A stretch of 64,000 nucleotides of DNA from Squalus acanthias (Eukaryota), in assembly GCA_030390025.1 (NCBI GenBank), contig CM059432.1, positions 92,134,001-92,198,000 of the forward strand, given 5' to 3'. Below, piece after piece: positions 1 to 11,260 of the stretch. The notes beneath the pieces are model-generated. The model was not told the origin of the DNA and searched no databases. It saw only the letters and a list, made by a program, of their open reading frames with translations. Every line of letters starts with the position of its first letter. The first letter of the stretch is position 1. The translations under genes and the position numbers were made by a program.

Positions 1-497
1 GGGGACCTGTCCGAATGATTAAAATTAGAGAACCATGGATACTCCAACAGAGTCAATGTCAAAGGTCCCTGCATGCCAATGGTGGCACTTACGATGAGAT
101 CAAAGGCCCCGCAGATTTTTGATCTTAAGAGACTGAGGGGGAGAAATTCAGTATCGCCCCGTTTGGGGCGCAATTATCGGCCGGGTACAAAGTTTAGCGC
201 CTGGCGCTACTTATCGCCTCCGACTGCAAACTTGGCTTTTATCGCCCCTGGAGGTGATTGGAGCGCTAAATCAGGTGCTACACACCTCTTTTAAGGCGCG
301 AAGGCCGAGGAGCGAGGCGCTACCTCAGAGCACGGGCGCAGCGCAGGTGATGTCAGTTAGCAATGGAACACAGACACACTGGCGCTGGCCAGTTCTTAAA
401 GGGGAGGGTCGATCTTGCTCTTCAGCCACACCCTGCTCATTGCAGGCTTGAATCTCGTCGTGGACAGACCTGTGCCTAAAATTTCCAGCCAAGGACT

Positions 498-2262
498 ATG
501 GAGAGAGTCAGGGAGCGAGCTCAGCGCTTCAGCGACCGGGCCTTGGAGGCTCTGGTTGGCGCGGTGGAGTGCAGAAGATCTATACTGTACCCTGAGAGTG
601 GCAGGAGGCCATTGCCGCACGACTACAGAAGAGTGTGGAGGGAGGTGGCTCAGCACGTCTCCTCCAGGAGCATGGTGACCAGGACCCATATACAATGTCG
701 CAAAAAGTTCAACGACCTCACTCGGGTCGTCAGGGTGAGTGACTGTTTTTCAATACCTCTCCATCCCTCCATCTCAACCTCACTCTATGGCCAGAGGGTC
801 TTAAAACCCCAATGCCCAACACTCATCCAAGACCTATGGCCATTTCATAAAACACACACGCACATTCCACACCTTACATACATTAAGGGCTATTCAACTA
901 TGGGAGGCACATCAGGCAAGACCATGGCTACATATTTACTCAGACGCCGTCCTTTTTCTTGCAGGCCAAGCTATCTCATAACAGGAGACAGCAGCAACAG
1001 ACGGGTGGAGGGCCACCTCAGCTGCAACCCCTCAGCGATCTTGAGGTGCACGTCCACAGGATTGTGGCAAGCCAGGTGATCGGTCCCGTCGCCCCTGGTG
1101 AGGTCGACCCCGTTCAGGACAGCAATGGTAAGGTCATCAGCTTTCTCTCCTCTCTCATTCCCTTTGTCCCTCACAACACCAGCCTTTTACACTTTCAATC
1201 CAACTTACTAAATCGCTCCACTCCTTCCTCCCTTACTGCCCCCCTGTCCTCACGCTAAAGCCACTCTTGTACCTCCCTGCTTTCAGATGGTGATTCACCA
1301 GCTGAGGAGACGGGCCCTCAAGCTGCCAGTGGGAGCGAAGCCGCAGGCGAGGAGGAAGAGGAAGCCGGAGCCTCAGCGCCACCCTCTCCCGAGGAAGCCT
1401 ATGCCCACACTGGGACCACGTCTTCCCTGGAGGGGAGCAGGGGGGAAGGGTCTGATGAGGGTGAAGCTCCGGGACCCAGCAAGCTGCAGCAACGCGATGG
1501 GGGTAGGGAAGCTCGGGGGCCTTCTCCCCGGAGGGAGAGTAGGCCAGCGAGTCCTGCTGCACTGGACGCAGAGGAGGAGCGGCTCATCGCTGAAATAAAC
1601 ACCCAGGCAGTGGACATGCACACTCAGCTCATGGGTGCAGTGGGAAGGGTGCCCGAAAGCATTGATGGACTGGCAAGGAGTGTGGAGCACTCCGCTGCAG
1701 CACAGGTGGACGCCACACAAATGCTTAATGCTGCAATTCAATCCTGGCTGCCGTGATCCAATCTCAGACTGCTCTCATGCAGACTCAGATTGAGGCCACG
1801 CAAGCACTGACTGCTGCCATCGTTGCTGGTTCGGACACATTTCCCCGGGGCTCTCATGGCGCCGCAGCAGGCCAGCAATCTGTGCTCCAGCAGATTGCTC
1901 CGGATGCTGAGGTGCTGCCCCGTGGGAGTGCCTGTGTGTCGGTCGAGCAGGGAGGTGCTGTCCTCTCTCAAGATGACAGCATTCCTGCTGCCACCACTGT
2001 CACTTCCCCATTGCACTTGCCACCGCCTGTAGCCCAGACTGCTGCCGCCCATGCAGAGTTGGTGCAGTCTGCAGCCGTGCCCTCCAGGCCCAGTGCTGGT
2101 CGAGGGCATCGTTCAAGGGCATCTGTAGTCTCAGGATCTGACATTCAGCAGCCTTCCACCAGCCTTGCTGCAGCCACTGGGGCCCCATTACGGAGGAGCA
2201 GTCGGGTGGGAAGGGGGGAAGTGGGCAAGGGAAGGAGATCACCCTGGAAGGGCAAAAAGTAG
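498..2262 (+). pseudogene. Harbinger Myb/SANT-like (NAIF1-type) DNA-binding protein gene, 3 exons (498-734, 965-1127, 1287-2262), one frameshift near 1744
   Basis: Exon 1 encodes RAQRFSDRALEALV...W...QCRKKFNDL. GT-AG introns in phase 0 and phase 1. Exon 2 has the HNRR...TGGG motif. Exon 3 is acidic then coiled-coil; its frame hits TGA at ~1754 and continues in the 1753-2262 ORF. Confidence 0.88.
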
Positions 2263-2429
2263 GAGGTCTGATGAAATGTTGGGAATGTTTTTATTAAAGG
2301 CCGAGGTTTGTGTAATTACTTTTGTTTAGTGTTTTGGCCATTATCTCCAGGTTGTGAGAACCAGTTATGTTAATTAATGATTTTTTGTGTTTGTTTCTAT
2401 TAGTTTGTCATGAATAAATGACACACACA

Positions 2430-3791
2430 GGGGGCGATTTTCTGATGTCGGAGGAGGCGGGTTTGCAGGCGGGAAAGGCGGGAAAATCAGATTCAAGGAG
2501 GTCGGATTTGAAACCCGCATCCAACCCGCCTTCATGGGATTTTGCCGGTGCCGGTTTTGGAGGTCGGAGAACGCTCCCGCCTCCAGCTGGCCATTGCGCT
2601 ATTTAACATCCTTAAATGCTCGTTAAGGGTCTCTCTAAGCCTATTTTGAGAGGCCCTCGTGATTTTTCCAGCTTTTCGGTGTGATCCACGCACCTCCTAA
2701 ACCACGCCAGGTACACCTGGCGGGTTGACTCGTGGGTGGCCTCCTCACTGCTGCAGGTCTAACAATACATCGTTTATTGCAGCAAGGATTACTTGCAGGT
2801 GCCAGACCTTGGCTTTAAAAGGTCTCTGAGCACTTTTAGAAGGCCTTCCGAAGTTGGAGGTGCTGCAGCTTGACTCCATCAACTGTGGGACCTCCTTGGA
2901 AGACCCTCTCCCCGCTTGCAATAAGCGCTTCCCCAAAGGAGGCATCTACAAGCAGCATGGGAACCATTCATTTTCTTTCTGCATCGACCTCAGAGGAGGA
3001 GGAGGAGGAGGATCTGGAGGAGGAGGAGGAGGAGGTCAGAGCCCGGGATGCAAGGGATGAACTTATCATGGCCAGATTTGCATAGGTTGCCCAAGTTGGC
3101 ACATGTCCTTTGCTCCATCCTAGGACATCATTGACAATGGACTCTCTGGCCTCCTTTCACTCAGGCCACCAACCAGACAACGCAAGTGTGGTGGTGCCCG
3201 CAATGTGGAGCTGCCTAAGGCGAAAGAACAGATGGCATAACGCCAACATTTTGGCTTCAAATCATTTTAATGCTTTCCAACAGGGATGGCATTTCATCAA
3301 TACACAGAAACAGTCTCCCAATCTGCACACAGATCTGGAGGTTATATCCCTTGCCAGCTGTACCCACACAGCCTTGGTTTCTTTGGCAGGCCTCTTCCTC
3401 CGAGATGAGTGGAAAAGCACCTCCATGCTAGCTGTCACCCCCTCCAACAACATTTGCAGCGCCTCATCCAAGAGCCTCGGGTAGGCCCTTGCCTTGGAAT
3501 TGGACATAGTGGTTTCTCAAAAGATGTTGGAGGTGGTGCAGGAGATGCAGAAATGCTGTGGAATGAGCCAAGGGAGCAAGAAGCCATAAAATCAGACTGG
3601 AAAAGTCCTGTCAACAGAGGTGAGTTTCAGTCCCTAAACACTAATTGAGCAAGGGCATCCCACACCTCTGAAATCAAGTGGCCAATCATGGGAAAATCGC
3701 AAATTTTTGAAACCTATCAGTGGAGGCGAGTTTCAAACCCAACCAAACTGAAACCCGCCTCCATCTCACCTCCAGTGGGAAAATCGCCCCC
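2430..3791. mobile_element. Internally deleted Harbinger derivative B (1362 bp), same family as element G
   Basis: Perfect 13-bp TIRs GGGGGCGATTTTC / GAAAATCGCCCCC. TSD ACA at 2427-2429 and 3792-3794. Holds a fused transposase N- and C-terminus (MGTIHFLS...ARDELIMARFA*, +) and a Myb exon-1 remnant (3262-3507, -). 3060-3310 matches the reverse complement of ~53420-53680. Confidence 0.93.
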
Positions 3792-3939
3792 ACAGAGTTT
3801 GTAAAATAAAAAAGTTGTTGTATTCAAAATGTACATGTTTGGCCTTTGGAATCATTGCTGCCTTGGCCGGCTATAGGGGTTGCGGGTTGCTTTCCATCAT
3901 GTTGTTCTCCATGCCAGAAGCCATTTCCTGAGTAGGAGC

Positions 3940-5089
3940 CTAGAAGTGGCTTGTTATCAGCCGTTGACGGACGGCCCTTGCAGTTTCAACATTGTGGGCC
4001 TCCCTCCCGCCTTGGTGCTGCTGCTGATCATCCTCCTCCTCTTCCTCCTCCTCCTCTGGTGGTGCACCAAGGCCTGGTGGCATTGGCTGGGTCCTGAGGA
4101 TTGCAAGGTTATGAAGAATGCAGCAAACAACTATGAAGAGGGAGACTCGCTCAGGTGAGTACTGCAGGGCTCTCCTGAGTGGTCCAGACAGCGGAACCGT
4201 TGCTTGAGCATGCCAATCGTCTGCTCAATGATGTTCCTGGTGGCGAGATGGCTCTCATTGTACCGCAGCTCAGCAGAGATGTTGGGGTTACGGAGCGGTG
4301 TCATCAGCCAGGTGCAGAGTGGATAACCCTTGTCCCCGAGGAGCCAACCACTTGGCTGATGCGCTGCCTGGAAAAGCTTTGGCACACCAGTCTGGCGCAG
4401 GATGAAAGCATTGTGGCTGCTGCCAGGATAACGGGCATTGACAGCGAGTATCAGCTGTCTGTGGTCACAGACCAACTGGACGTTTAAGGAGTGGAACCCC
4501 TTGCAGTTTCGGAAAACCTCTGCATTCTCATGCGGTGCCCGCAATGCCACATGCGTGCAGTCAATGGCACCCTGCACCATGGGGAAGCCCGCTATCCTCG
4601 CAAAGCCCAATGCGTGTTCATGCTGTTTGGCCCGGGTCATCGGGAAAGAGATGTACTGGCGTCTCCTTTTATAGAGGGCATTTGTGACCTGCCAGATACA
4701 GCAATGGACCGCGAACTGGGAGATATTGGCGATGTCCCCAGTAGCTGCTTGAAAGGAGCCGGTGACATAAAAGTTCAGAGCAACTGTGACCTTCACAGCC
4801 ACCGACAGAGACGTCCTGGTCCTCCGTTGAGGCTGCAGATCTGGTTGCAGCAGGTGGCAGAGCTCAGTGACCACCTCCTTGCTGAAGCACAGCCTGCGCA
4901 AACACTGCTCCTCAGACAAATGAATGTAGGAGAATTGTTCCCGGAATACCTTGGGAGGGTAAGGTCTCCTGCGCAGAGGCCTGTTGGCCCTCCTCCCTCT
5001 GGCCATGATTGCCATTCTCTCTCTCTGCGTCTCTGATGCCGCCGATTCTGCAGGCGCAGGACGACGCCCCGAATCAGTGCAGCCCCCAC
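3940..5089 (-). pseudogene. Harbinger (HARBI1-like) DDE transposase of element A
   Basis: ORF 4131-5102 contains [29 protein letters not shown] and IIEQTIGMLKQRFRCL (D-D-E triad present). Frameshifts near 5010 and 4175. The acidic tail ends RQRLITSHF* at 3940. Confidence 0.92.
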
Positions 5090-5509
5090 AGTCTCTTGAC
5101 AATTGAAGTAATGAAGGTCAAATCCAAAAGAACCTGCAAAGTGCTGTCAGTAGCCAAAACTACTTCACACAGCGTTGACTCTATGCAGAAGTCTCTCTAT
5201 CTCTCTCTCAGAATCTCTCTCAGAATGAGTGGTGCAAAAATGTCTCCCACAAAAAAAGGCAGGAAGAGAGCGCCTTTAAATAGCGTTCCCCCAGCCCCTT
5301 CCTGACTGGAAAACGTTCCAGTCTCCCTGTCGTTGCTTGCGGCAGGCGGAAAGGAGGGGGGCGCCACTCAATATCCAGTCCGGGGTGCCACCGGGGCATT
5401 GCCCGCTCGACTGACGTCACGATCTGCGGGCGCTAGTTGCATTGCGCCCCATTAGCGCCCTCTTAGGGCGCTAACGGGAGGTGCTAAGCAACCAAATTTT
5501 TCCCACTGA

Positions 5510-6058
5510 GGCTCTGAAATTTCCAGGGATCCTCTCCACCAATACTAGTGCACCTGACTCCACTAGTCCCAAGCTGGAGGCACCATCTCAAACTTTGGGG
5601 AGAGGGTCACTTGCACAGCCGGGGTGGGTGCATCAGTGATGCCTGCCCTGAACTGCCAGCCAGAATGCCAACACAGCGCCATGCAACTCCAAAAGTGGAG
5701 AAGGGGCCCAATGAGGCCCCAAAGAAATTATCCTGTATGGATCTTCTGCTCCCAAGGGAGCAAGTAGACCTCTTTGGGAAGGTAATCAATCCACCCGAGT
5801 TTGTGAGCCTGTTAAGATTCATAGCCAGCTCAGAGCTGAAGCGAGTTGTGTTGAGGCCCATGGACCTGGGAATTCCCCCGCCACAAACCCCCTTGACGTA
5901 CGGGAGGTGTGTGGAAGATCCATTCACAGCCTCTCCCATCCGAGTTTAAAGGGCAAGTGCAAATGGGCCAGAATCCCAGAGTAACTGGGTTCTGCTCCAA
6001 ATTCTTGGGCCAACCTGGGCAGGAATGGGGCTTTCTAACCCCAGGAATTTTGAGGCCT
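5510..6058. mobile_element. Probable older non-autonomous DNA transposon interrupted by element A (continues at 1-133)
   Basis: GC-rich non-coding block ending in a Harbinger-like terminus GAATTTTGAGGCC, followed by an abrupt shift to AT-rich DNA. The other end lies outside the window. Confidence 0.35.
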
Positions 6059-6492
6059 GAAAATATATGAAAGTTAAGGGAGTTATTTTGCCCAAGGAGT
6101 TTTATTTTGCTCTTGTATTATATTTGTTAATTTTTAAGGGATTTCTAACAGGTAAATCTTGCAGCAACCACTTGGCAGTAGACATGTAAGATTCATAATT
6201 TTAAAAGCCATCCTTCAAAATAACCCAAAGAAGACATGACTGTGAAGTGAAAGCAATAAACTGGTTTTATATTGTTGAACAAGGACTAAGTCTAGGCACT
6301 CACTACACATCATAGATTTCAGACATCTCAACGTAAAGCAATGACAGTTCTTTAGACAGCTGTGGCTGCAGAGTGTTTCTTATAGGATTAGACAGAACTG
6401 TGATTGTAATTACAATATGATTGTACGACGAAGGTGGCTGTAAACTAGGTTTTATTTAGGACCTCTTTTAATTTTGCAGTACAAAATATTTA

Positions 6493-7236
6493 GGCCCAGA
6501 AATTGATCTCGCTCTGTTCCCGCGGGGGTAAGCCTTCCCCGCGATGTCTCACCTCGCTTATGCTTTTTCTGATCCAGCTCGCACGAACTTGATGTTCCAG
6601 ACATCAGCTGTGCTGGGCTTGCGTATCCCAGCGGCGTAGTGAATTCGTGCGAGCTGTGGGATCACGTGACTCAGTTAGAGCCAATGGCAGCACACCATCT
6701 TCCATTCATAAGTCTCACAGCATGGCTGTGAGACTTATGAATCTTACACCCCCCCAAAATAACAGCTAAACCTCAATTAAATTTAAAAAAAAAACCATCA
6801 CATTAATAAAATAAGTATAGTTAATTAAATTAACCATTTTAAATAAAAAATTAAATTTTTGAAAAAATTTAAAATCTTTTAAAAAGTTATAAAAATAAAC
6901 TTACCTGTCTTTAAAGTCTATAAAAAAGATATACCTGTAAAAAAAAATTCAAAAAAATACTTAATTCACTACTTACCTTCTTAAAAGCGGGTCTTACTCC
7001 TCCTTTTTACATTTCCAAAATCTTCCCTACTTACCTGCGCGTCCAAAGCATGAAGTGCACAGCGTGCGCGCAGCCTGTAGCGCGCACGCGATGCACCCAG
7101 GCCCCGCCCCCTTTTCGGAAGAGCAATTGCCGGTTTTCAGCGCATGCGCAGGGCATGCAGAAAACCGGCAATTGGAGTGGGAATACGCGAGAGTATGCAG
7201 TGCGTACTCTCGCGTCCCGGGATCAATTTTCGGCCC
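6493..7236. mobile_element. Harbinger-type MITE (left arm of the large palindrome)
   Basis: TIRs GGCCCAGAAATTGATC / GATCAATTTTCGGCCC (13/16 match). AT-rich core between CpG-rich ends. Internal 18-bp perfect hairpin at 6704-6742. No exact TSD. Confidence 0.7.
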
Positions 7237-7969
7237 TATGTCTTTTTTCTCCCCCCTTTTCCTTTATTCCTCTCCTGAAGGCACTGAATCATGCAAAGAT
7301 ACAGGGCCGAAAATTGATCCCGGGACGCGAGAGTACGCACTGCATACTCTCGCGTATTCCCACTCCAATTGCCGGTTTTCTGCATGCCCTGCGCATGCGC
7401 TGAAAACCGGCAACTGCTCTTCCGAAAAGGGGGCGGGGCCTGGGTGCATCGCGTGCGCGCTACAGGCTGCGCGCACGCTGTGCACTTCATGCTTTGGACG
7501 CGCAAGTAAGTAGGGAAGATTTTGGAAATGTAAAAAGGAGGAGTAAGACCCGCTTTTAAGAAGGTAAGTAGTGAATTAAGTATTTTTTTGAATTTTTTTT
7601 TACAGGTATATCTTTTTTATAGACTTTAAAGACAGGTAAGTTTATTTTTATAACTTTTTAAAAGATTTTAAATTTTTTCAAAAATTTAATTTTTTATTTA
7701 AAATGGTTAATTTAATTAACTATACTTATTTTATTAATGTGATGGGGTTTTTTTTAAATTTAATTGAGGTTTAGCTGTTATTTTGGGGGGGTGTAAGATT
7801 CATAAGTCTCACAGCCATGCTGTGAGACTTATGAATGGAAGATGGTGTGCTGCCATTGGCTCTAACTGAGTCACGTGATCCCACAGCTCGCACGAATTCA
7901 CTACGCCGCTGGGATACGCAAGCCCAGCACAGCTGATGTCTGGAACATCAAGTTCGTGCGAGCTGGATC
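6571..7969. repeat. Long inverted repeat: arms 6571-7237 and 7303-7969 (667 bp each), 65-bp spacer
   Basis: The arms are reverse complements with only about four visible differences. The ORF track shows mirror ORFs (7050-7403 + and 7236-7505 -). Confidence 0.97.
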
Positions 7970-8063
7970 CACATCCACCTAAGTGGCAATTTTTGATGTA
8001 TGACCGTAGTCACTAATTGTCACCAGCCTGTTTGCCCATGGCGAGCATAATAGCCCGGGCCCT

Positions 8064-8213
8064 CACGCACACGCACGCACGCACGCACACACACACACAC
8101 GCACACACGTACACGCACACGCACACACACATGCACACGCACACGCACACACACACACACGCACACACACGCACACGCACACACACGCACACGCACACAC
8201 ACACACACACACA
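8064..8213. repeat. (CA)n/(CACG)n microsatellite
   Basis: Read directly from the sequence. Confidence 0.98.
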
Positions 8214-8214
8214 G

Positions 8215-8360
8215 TTTACAGCAGGGTAAGAGACAGTAGTGGAAACCCTGAATGACTTTCTCCTCAGCCCAGGGGCACTGAGGCCAATTGTATTACGCTA
8301 CTTCTGCGGCAGATGAGATTAGCTAACTCAGTATAGAGCAGCAAACTTCCTGGTCTATAC
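8215..8360 (-). mobile_element. Ancient SINE-like fragment
   Basis: The minus strand reads GAGTTAGCTAATCTCA...ACAATTGGCCTCAGTGCCCCTGGG, which I recall as an old vertebrate SINE body. Family not assigned. Confidence 0.35.
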
Positions 8361-9356
8361 GAATATTTAGTATCTTGAAGCCACCACTTTATGTGGTTCT
8401 GAAAACATTTGTGGACAAAACATCAGATTTGACTTTCAGTCCCAGTAAGAACCCATTCCAAAGCATCTCAATAACTGCAAATGGTCAAAGTACTGCTGAC
8501 AGTATGACAAACTATTTCAGCTGTGAAATTAAAAACGTCCTTGTAGACCACTATTATGTCCTGCAACTTTTATTCTTGAATCACAGGCAGAACTGAATTG
8601 AATTCAGAATGAACTTCCACACAGACATGTTCAATATCAGCTGCACTGCAGCAGGTTTTTACATGACAAGCTGTTAGCTCTTTTGGTTTCCCTTATTATC
8701 TTACATTTTAATGTCGCATCCATCAATAGCTGCTCTGAGATTTGAAGGTTTGGTGGGTTTAGATGCACACAAATGATAAGGCACAAATAGTTGATTGATG
8801 GAACTGTGGTTACTATGGTGCTGTCTGTGTACAGTCTGGTATTGATTTAGCCCTCTCATTTTCAATGCCTAATCATTTTACACATCATAAAAAAGAACTG
8901 ACTGGATATGCTATAGGTAAAACGGTAAACATACATATGTTGAGTCTTTGAATAGCAATCTACATTCAACTGAAGGCTGATAAATCAAAATCTTAAAAAG
9001 TAACTATGTTCAGCTAGGCTGCAGGTCTCAATAGCTGTTTCTGGATCTCAAGACACTTTGATGAATGACCTTTTCATGTTGGCAGATAGTAATTTTTCAC
9101 TTTTTAAAACAACAGTATTGTGAAACAAGGTCATGGTTACGTTCCAGCTGAAGGTTTTTCCATCCAGTAAATCTGTAAGGGTTGCAGAACCTGAATGTAT
9201 ATTATTTGGATAATATTACACCGATGCAGTAGATTGCAACCACTGGAAGATAATGAGACAATAATGCAGGAAGCTATTTGAGAACCATTATTTATTTGTT
9301 AACCCTTCAATTAGTGAAACAAAGCAAAAGAATGTCACTCTCAGACAACTATGGAA

Positions 9357-9487
9357 CTGACGAAAGGTCTTCGACCTGAAACGTTAACTCTGTTTCTCTC
9401 TCCACGGATGCTGCCTGGCCTGCTGAGTTTTTCCAGCGTTTTCTGTTGTTATTTCAGATTTCCAGCATCCGCAGTATTTTGCTATTG
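9357..9487 (+). mobile_element. Penelope-like element terminal fragment starting at a hammerhead-like core
   Basis: CTGACGA-A-AGGTC-TTC-GACCT-GAAA-CGTT-AACT followed by about 100 bp nearly identical to 30652-30753. Confidence 0.7.
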
Positions 9488-9690
9488 TATGAAATTAGAT
9501 TGTTCTGCAAAAATAATTTTGCTTCCAAACATTCTTTAATGCGTCTTTTTGGTAGTTTGAAAAATACTTGTTCAATAGGGACATCTGCTTGGTTAATTTA
9601 CTGAATTGCCAGTGTATGTTTACAATCCAAAGAACCTCAGTCAAATAAAAGTTTCCATTTAGCTGAATCTCACTGTTCAATAAAGATCTA

Positions 9691-10289
9691 GAGGTAGAAA
9701 TTCATTGGTGTTTCAGGTGGGAAGATGGCGATGCATTCACAACGCGTGCCCAAACCGGGAGGCCTGAGGAAGGCCCAAAATTGAGCATCTGTCGTGCCTC
9801 CACAGGCAGCTTGCCTATTTTCACTAGATGAATTTTGGGCCACTTGCCTCGACAGCAGCGGCCCTAGGGTAAGTCCCCGGGGTGGTTTGGAGCGACAATA
9901 TGGGGTTGGGGGAGGGGGCGGGCGGGTGATTCTGAATACTGTGGAGTCAAGGGGGGAGCACTCCTGATCCTCCTGACTCCACAGGAATCAATTTTCCCCC
10001 AAAAAATTACCTTTTGGTGCTTGTCACTGTTTTGGTCGCAGTGACCACTGAAGAATCATGAAAGGAGCAGACACATTGGAATCCAATTTCCAGCACAGCG
10101 CATGCTGTGGTCATGCGCGGTCAAATTTTGCAAAAGCGCCCTCTAACAAGCGTTAGGGCCTCTATATGCATATGCAATGGGCCTAACGCCCATTTTAGGC
10201 ACACGCAAATCCGATGTTCTTCCATTGCCCTGCCAACTTGGCTTCAAGCCTATCCAAAAATATTGCAAACTACTCTAGAATTCTGCTTC
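9691..10289. mobile_element. Old Harbinger-type MITE
   Basis: Degenerate termini GAGGTAGAAATTC / GAATTCTGCTTC around a GC-rich body. The internal part resembles ~56020-56400. Confidence 0.5.
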
Positions 10290-10384
10290 TAAAAGCTATA
10301 AACAAAGAACATTTTTTACACTAAAATGCCAAATAAAGTACGTGTGATTGATGGTTTTTGTGTTGATATTAATGAAAATATTCA

Positions 10385-10720
10385 TAGAATTATACATTGT
10401 TACAGTACAGAAACATAGTATTCAGTCCATCAATTCTGCACCAGTGCTTTTTCCTACATAAGCCACCTGGTCTAATCCCATTCTTTTGTTTGTGCCCCAT
10501 ACCTTTTAATATTCTTTTTTATGCAACTATCTCATTCCCTTTAAAAGAAATTATGGACTGCTTCAATAAGTTCGTGGCAGAGAATTCCACATTCGAACCA
10601 TCCTCTGTGTAAATATTGTTTTTCTAACCTCCCTTTAATTCTTTTTGTGATTATCTCAAATTCATGTTTCCTGTTAGCATCTCACTGTCACGTGGACACA
10701 ACCGATCTCTATTTACCCCA
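10385..10720 (-). mobile_element. Degenerate CR1 LINE 3' fragment
   Basis: Resembles the reverse complement of the CR1 3' ends at 19800-20130 and 24700-24993. Confidence 0.5.
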
Positions 10721-11039
10721 GGTACAAAGCAGAGGAAAATTGCGCCCCCCCCCCCCAGCCTATAGTTATCAACAACTATGACGAACTGGCCTGGAAATTC
10801 CCTGTCACTTTTTTGTAGATAGGTGTCACATTTACCATCCTCTGGTCATATTCATATTTGTATGACCTTTTCATATGTGTGCCACTAGTAACTAGTGAGG
10901 CAAATGTTACCATGAAACATGTTCCCCTGCATTTGTAGTACTGGTAGTCATCAGTAGCAGGTGCAGCTCACTAACATACCCAGGCAGCATCATTTCCATT
11001 GATGGCATTGTTTACTAAGAGATTATCAGCTGCATCAGG

Positions 11040-11260
11040 AAAGCAAATGTGTTCTTTGGGCATCTGAGCAAGTTCTGATAAGGGGTTGATGAGTATAGCA
11101 TAAAGATACAGCCCAAGCTTAAAGTCTATCAAGCAGCTCTCTTCTCTGCCCTATTTTATGGCTGTGAGGCTTGGTCCTGCCGCAGAAACTATTCCAAAGA
11201 ACTCAATAGATTCTACACGCAGCGCCTCTGCACCTACTTGAATATCAAATAGCAGGATTG
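11040..11260 (+). mobile_element. RTE-clade LINE fragment, 5' part (split by a CR1 insertion)
   Basis: Translates as KVYQAALFSALFYGCEAW...LNRFYTQRLCTYLNIK*QD, matching the RTE post-RT motif LLYGCETW...CLRxIxxIxWQD. Confidence 0.7.

Larger units (their letters stand above)
137..5506. mobile_element. PIF/Harbinger DNA transposon A (full two-gene structure, decayed, interrupted by element B)
   Basis: Imperfect TIRs GGGGGAGAAATT (137) and AATTTTTCCCAC (ends 5506). 3-bp TSD TGA at 134-136 and 5507-5509. Contains a + strand Myb/SANT gene and a convergent - strand DDE transposase. TAGCGCC-like repeats at both ends. Confidence 0.92.

Noticed and set aside
4131..5102. Domesticated host HARBI1 (or NAIF1 for the Myb ORFs)
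   Set aside because: The ORFs lie between TIRs with a TSD, occur in several divergent copies and carry frameshifts. They are transposon genes, so no gene symbol was assigned.
7050..7513. Mirror-image ORFs on both strands as genes
   Set aside because: They are a by-product of the GC-rich palindrome and show no recognisable domain.
8013..8229. Cys/Val- or His/Thr-rich proteins
   Set aside because: Translations of the (CA)n microsatellite.
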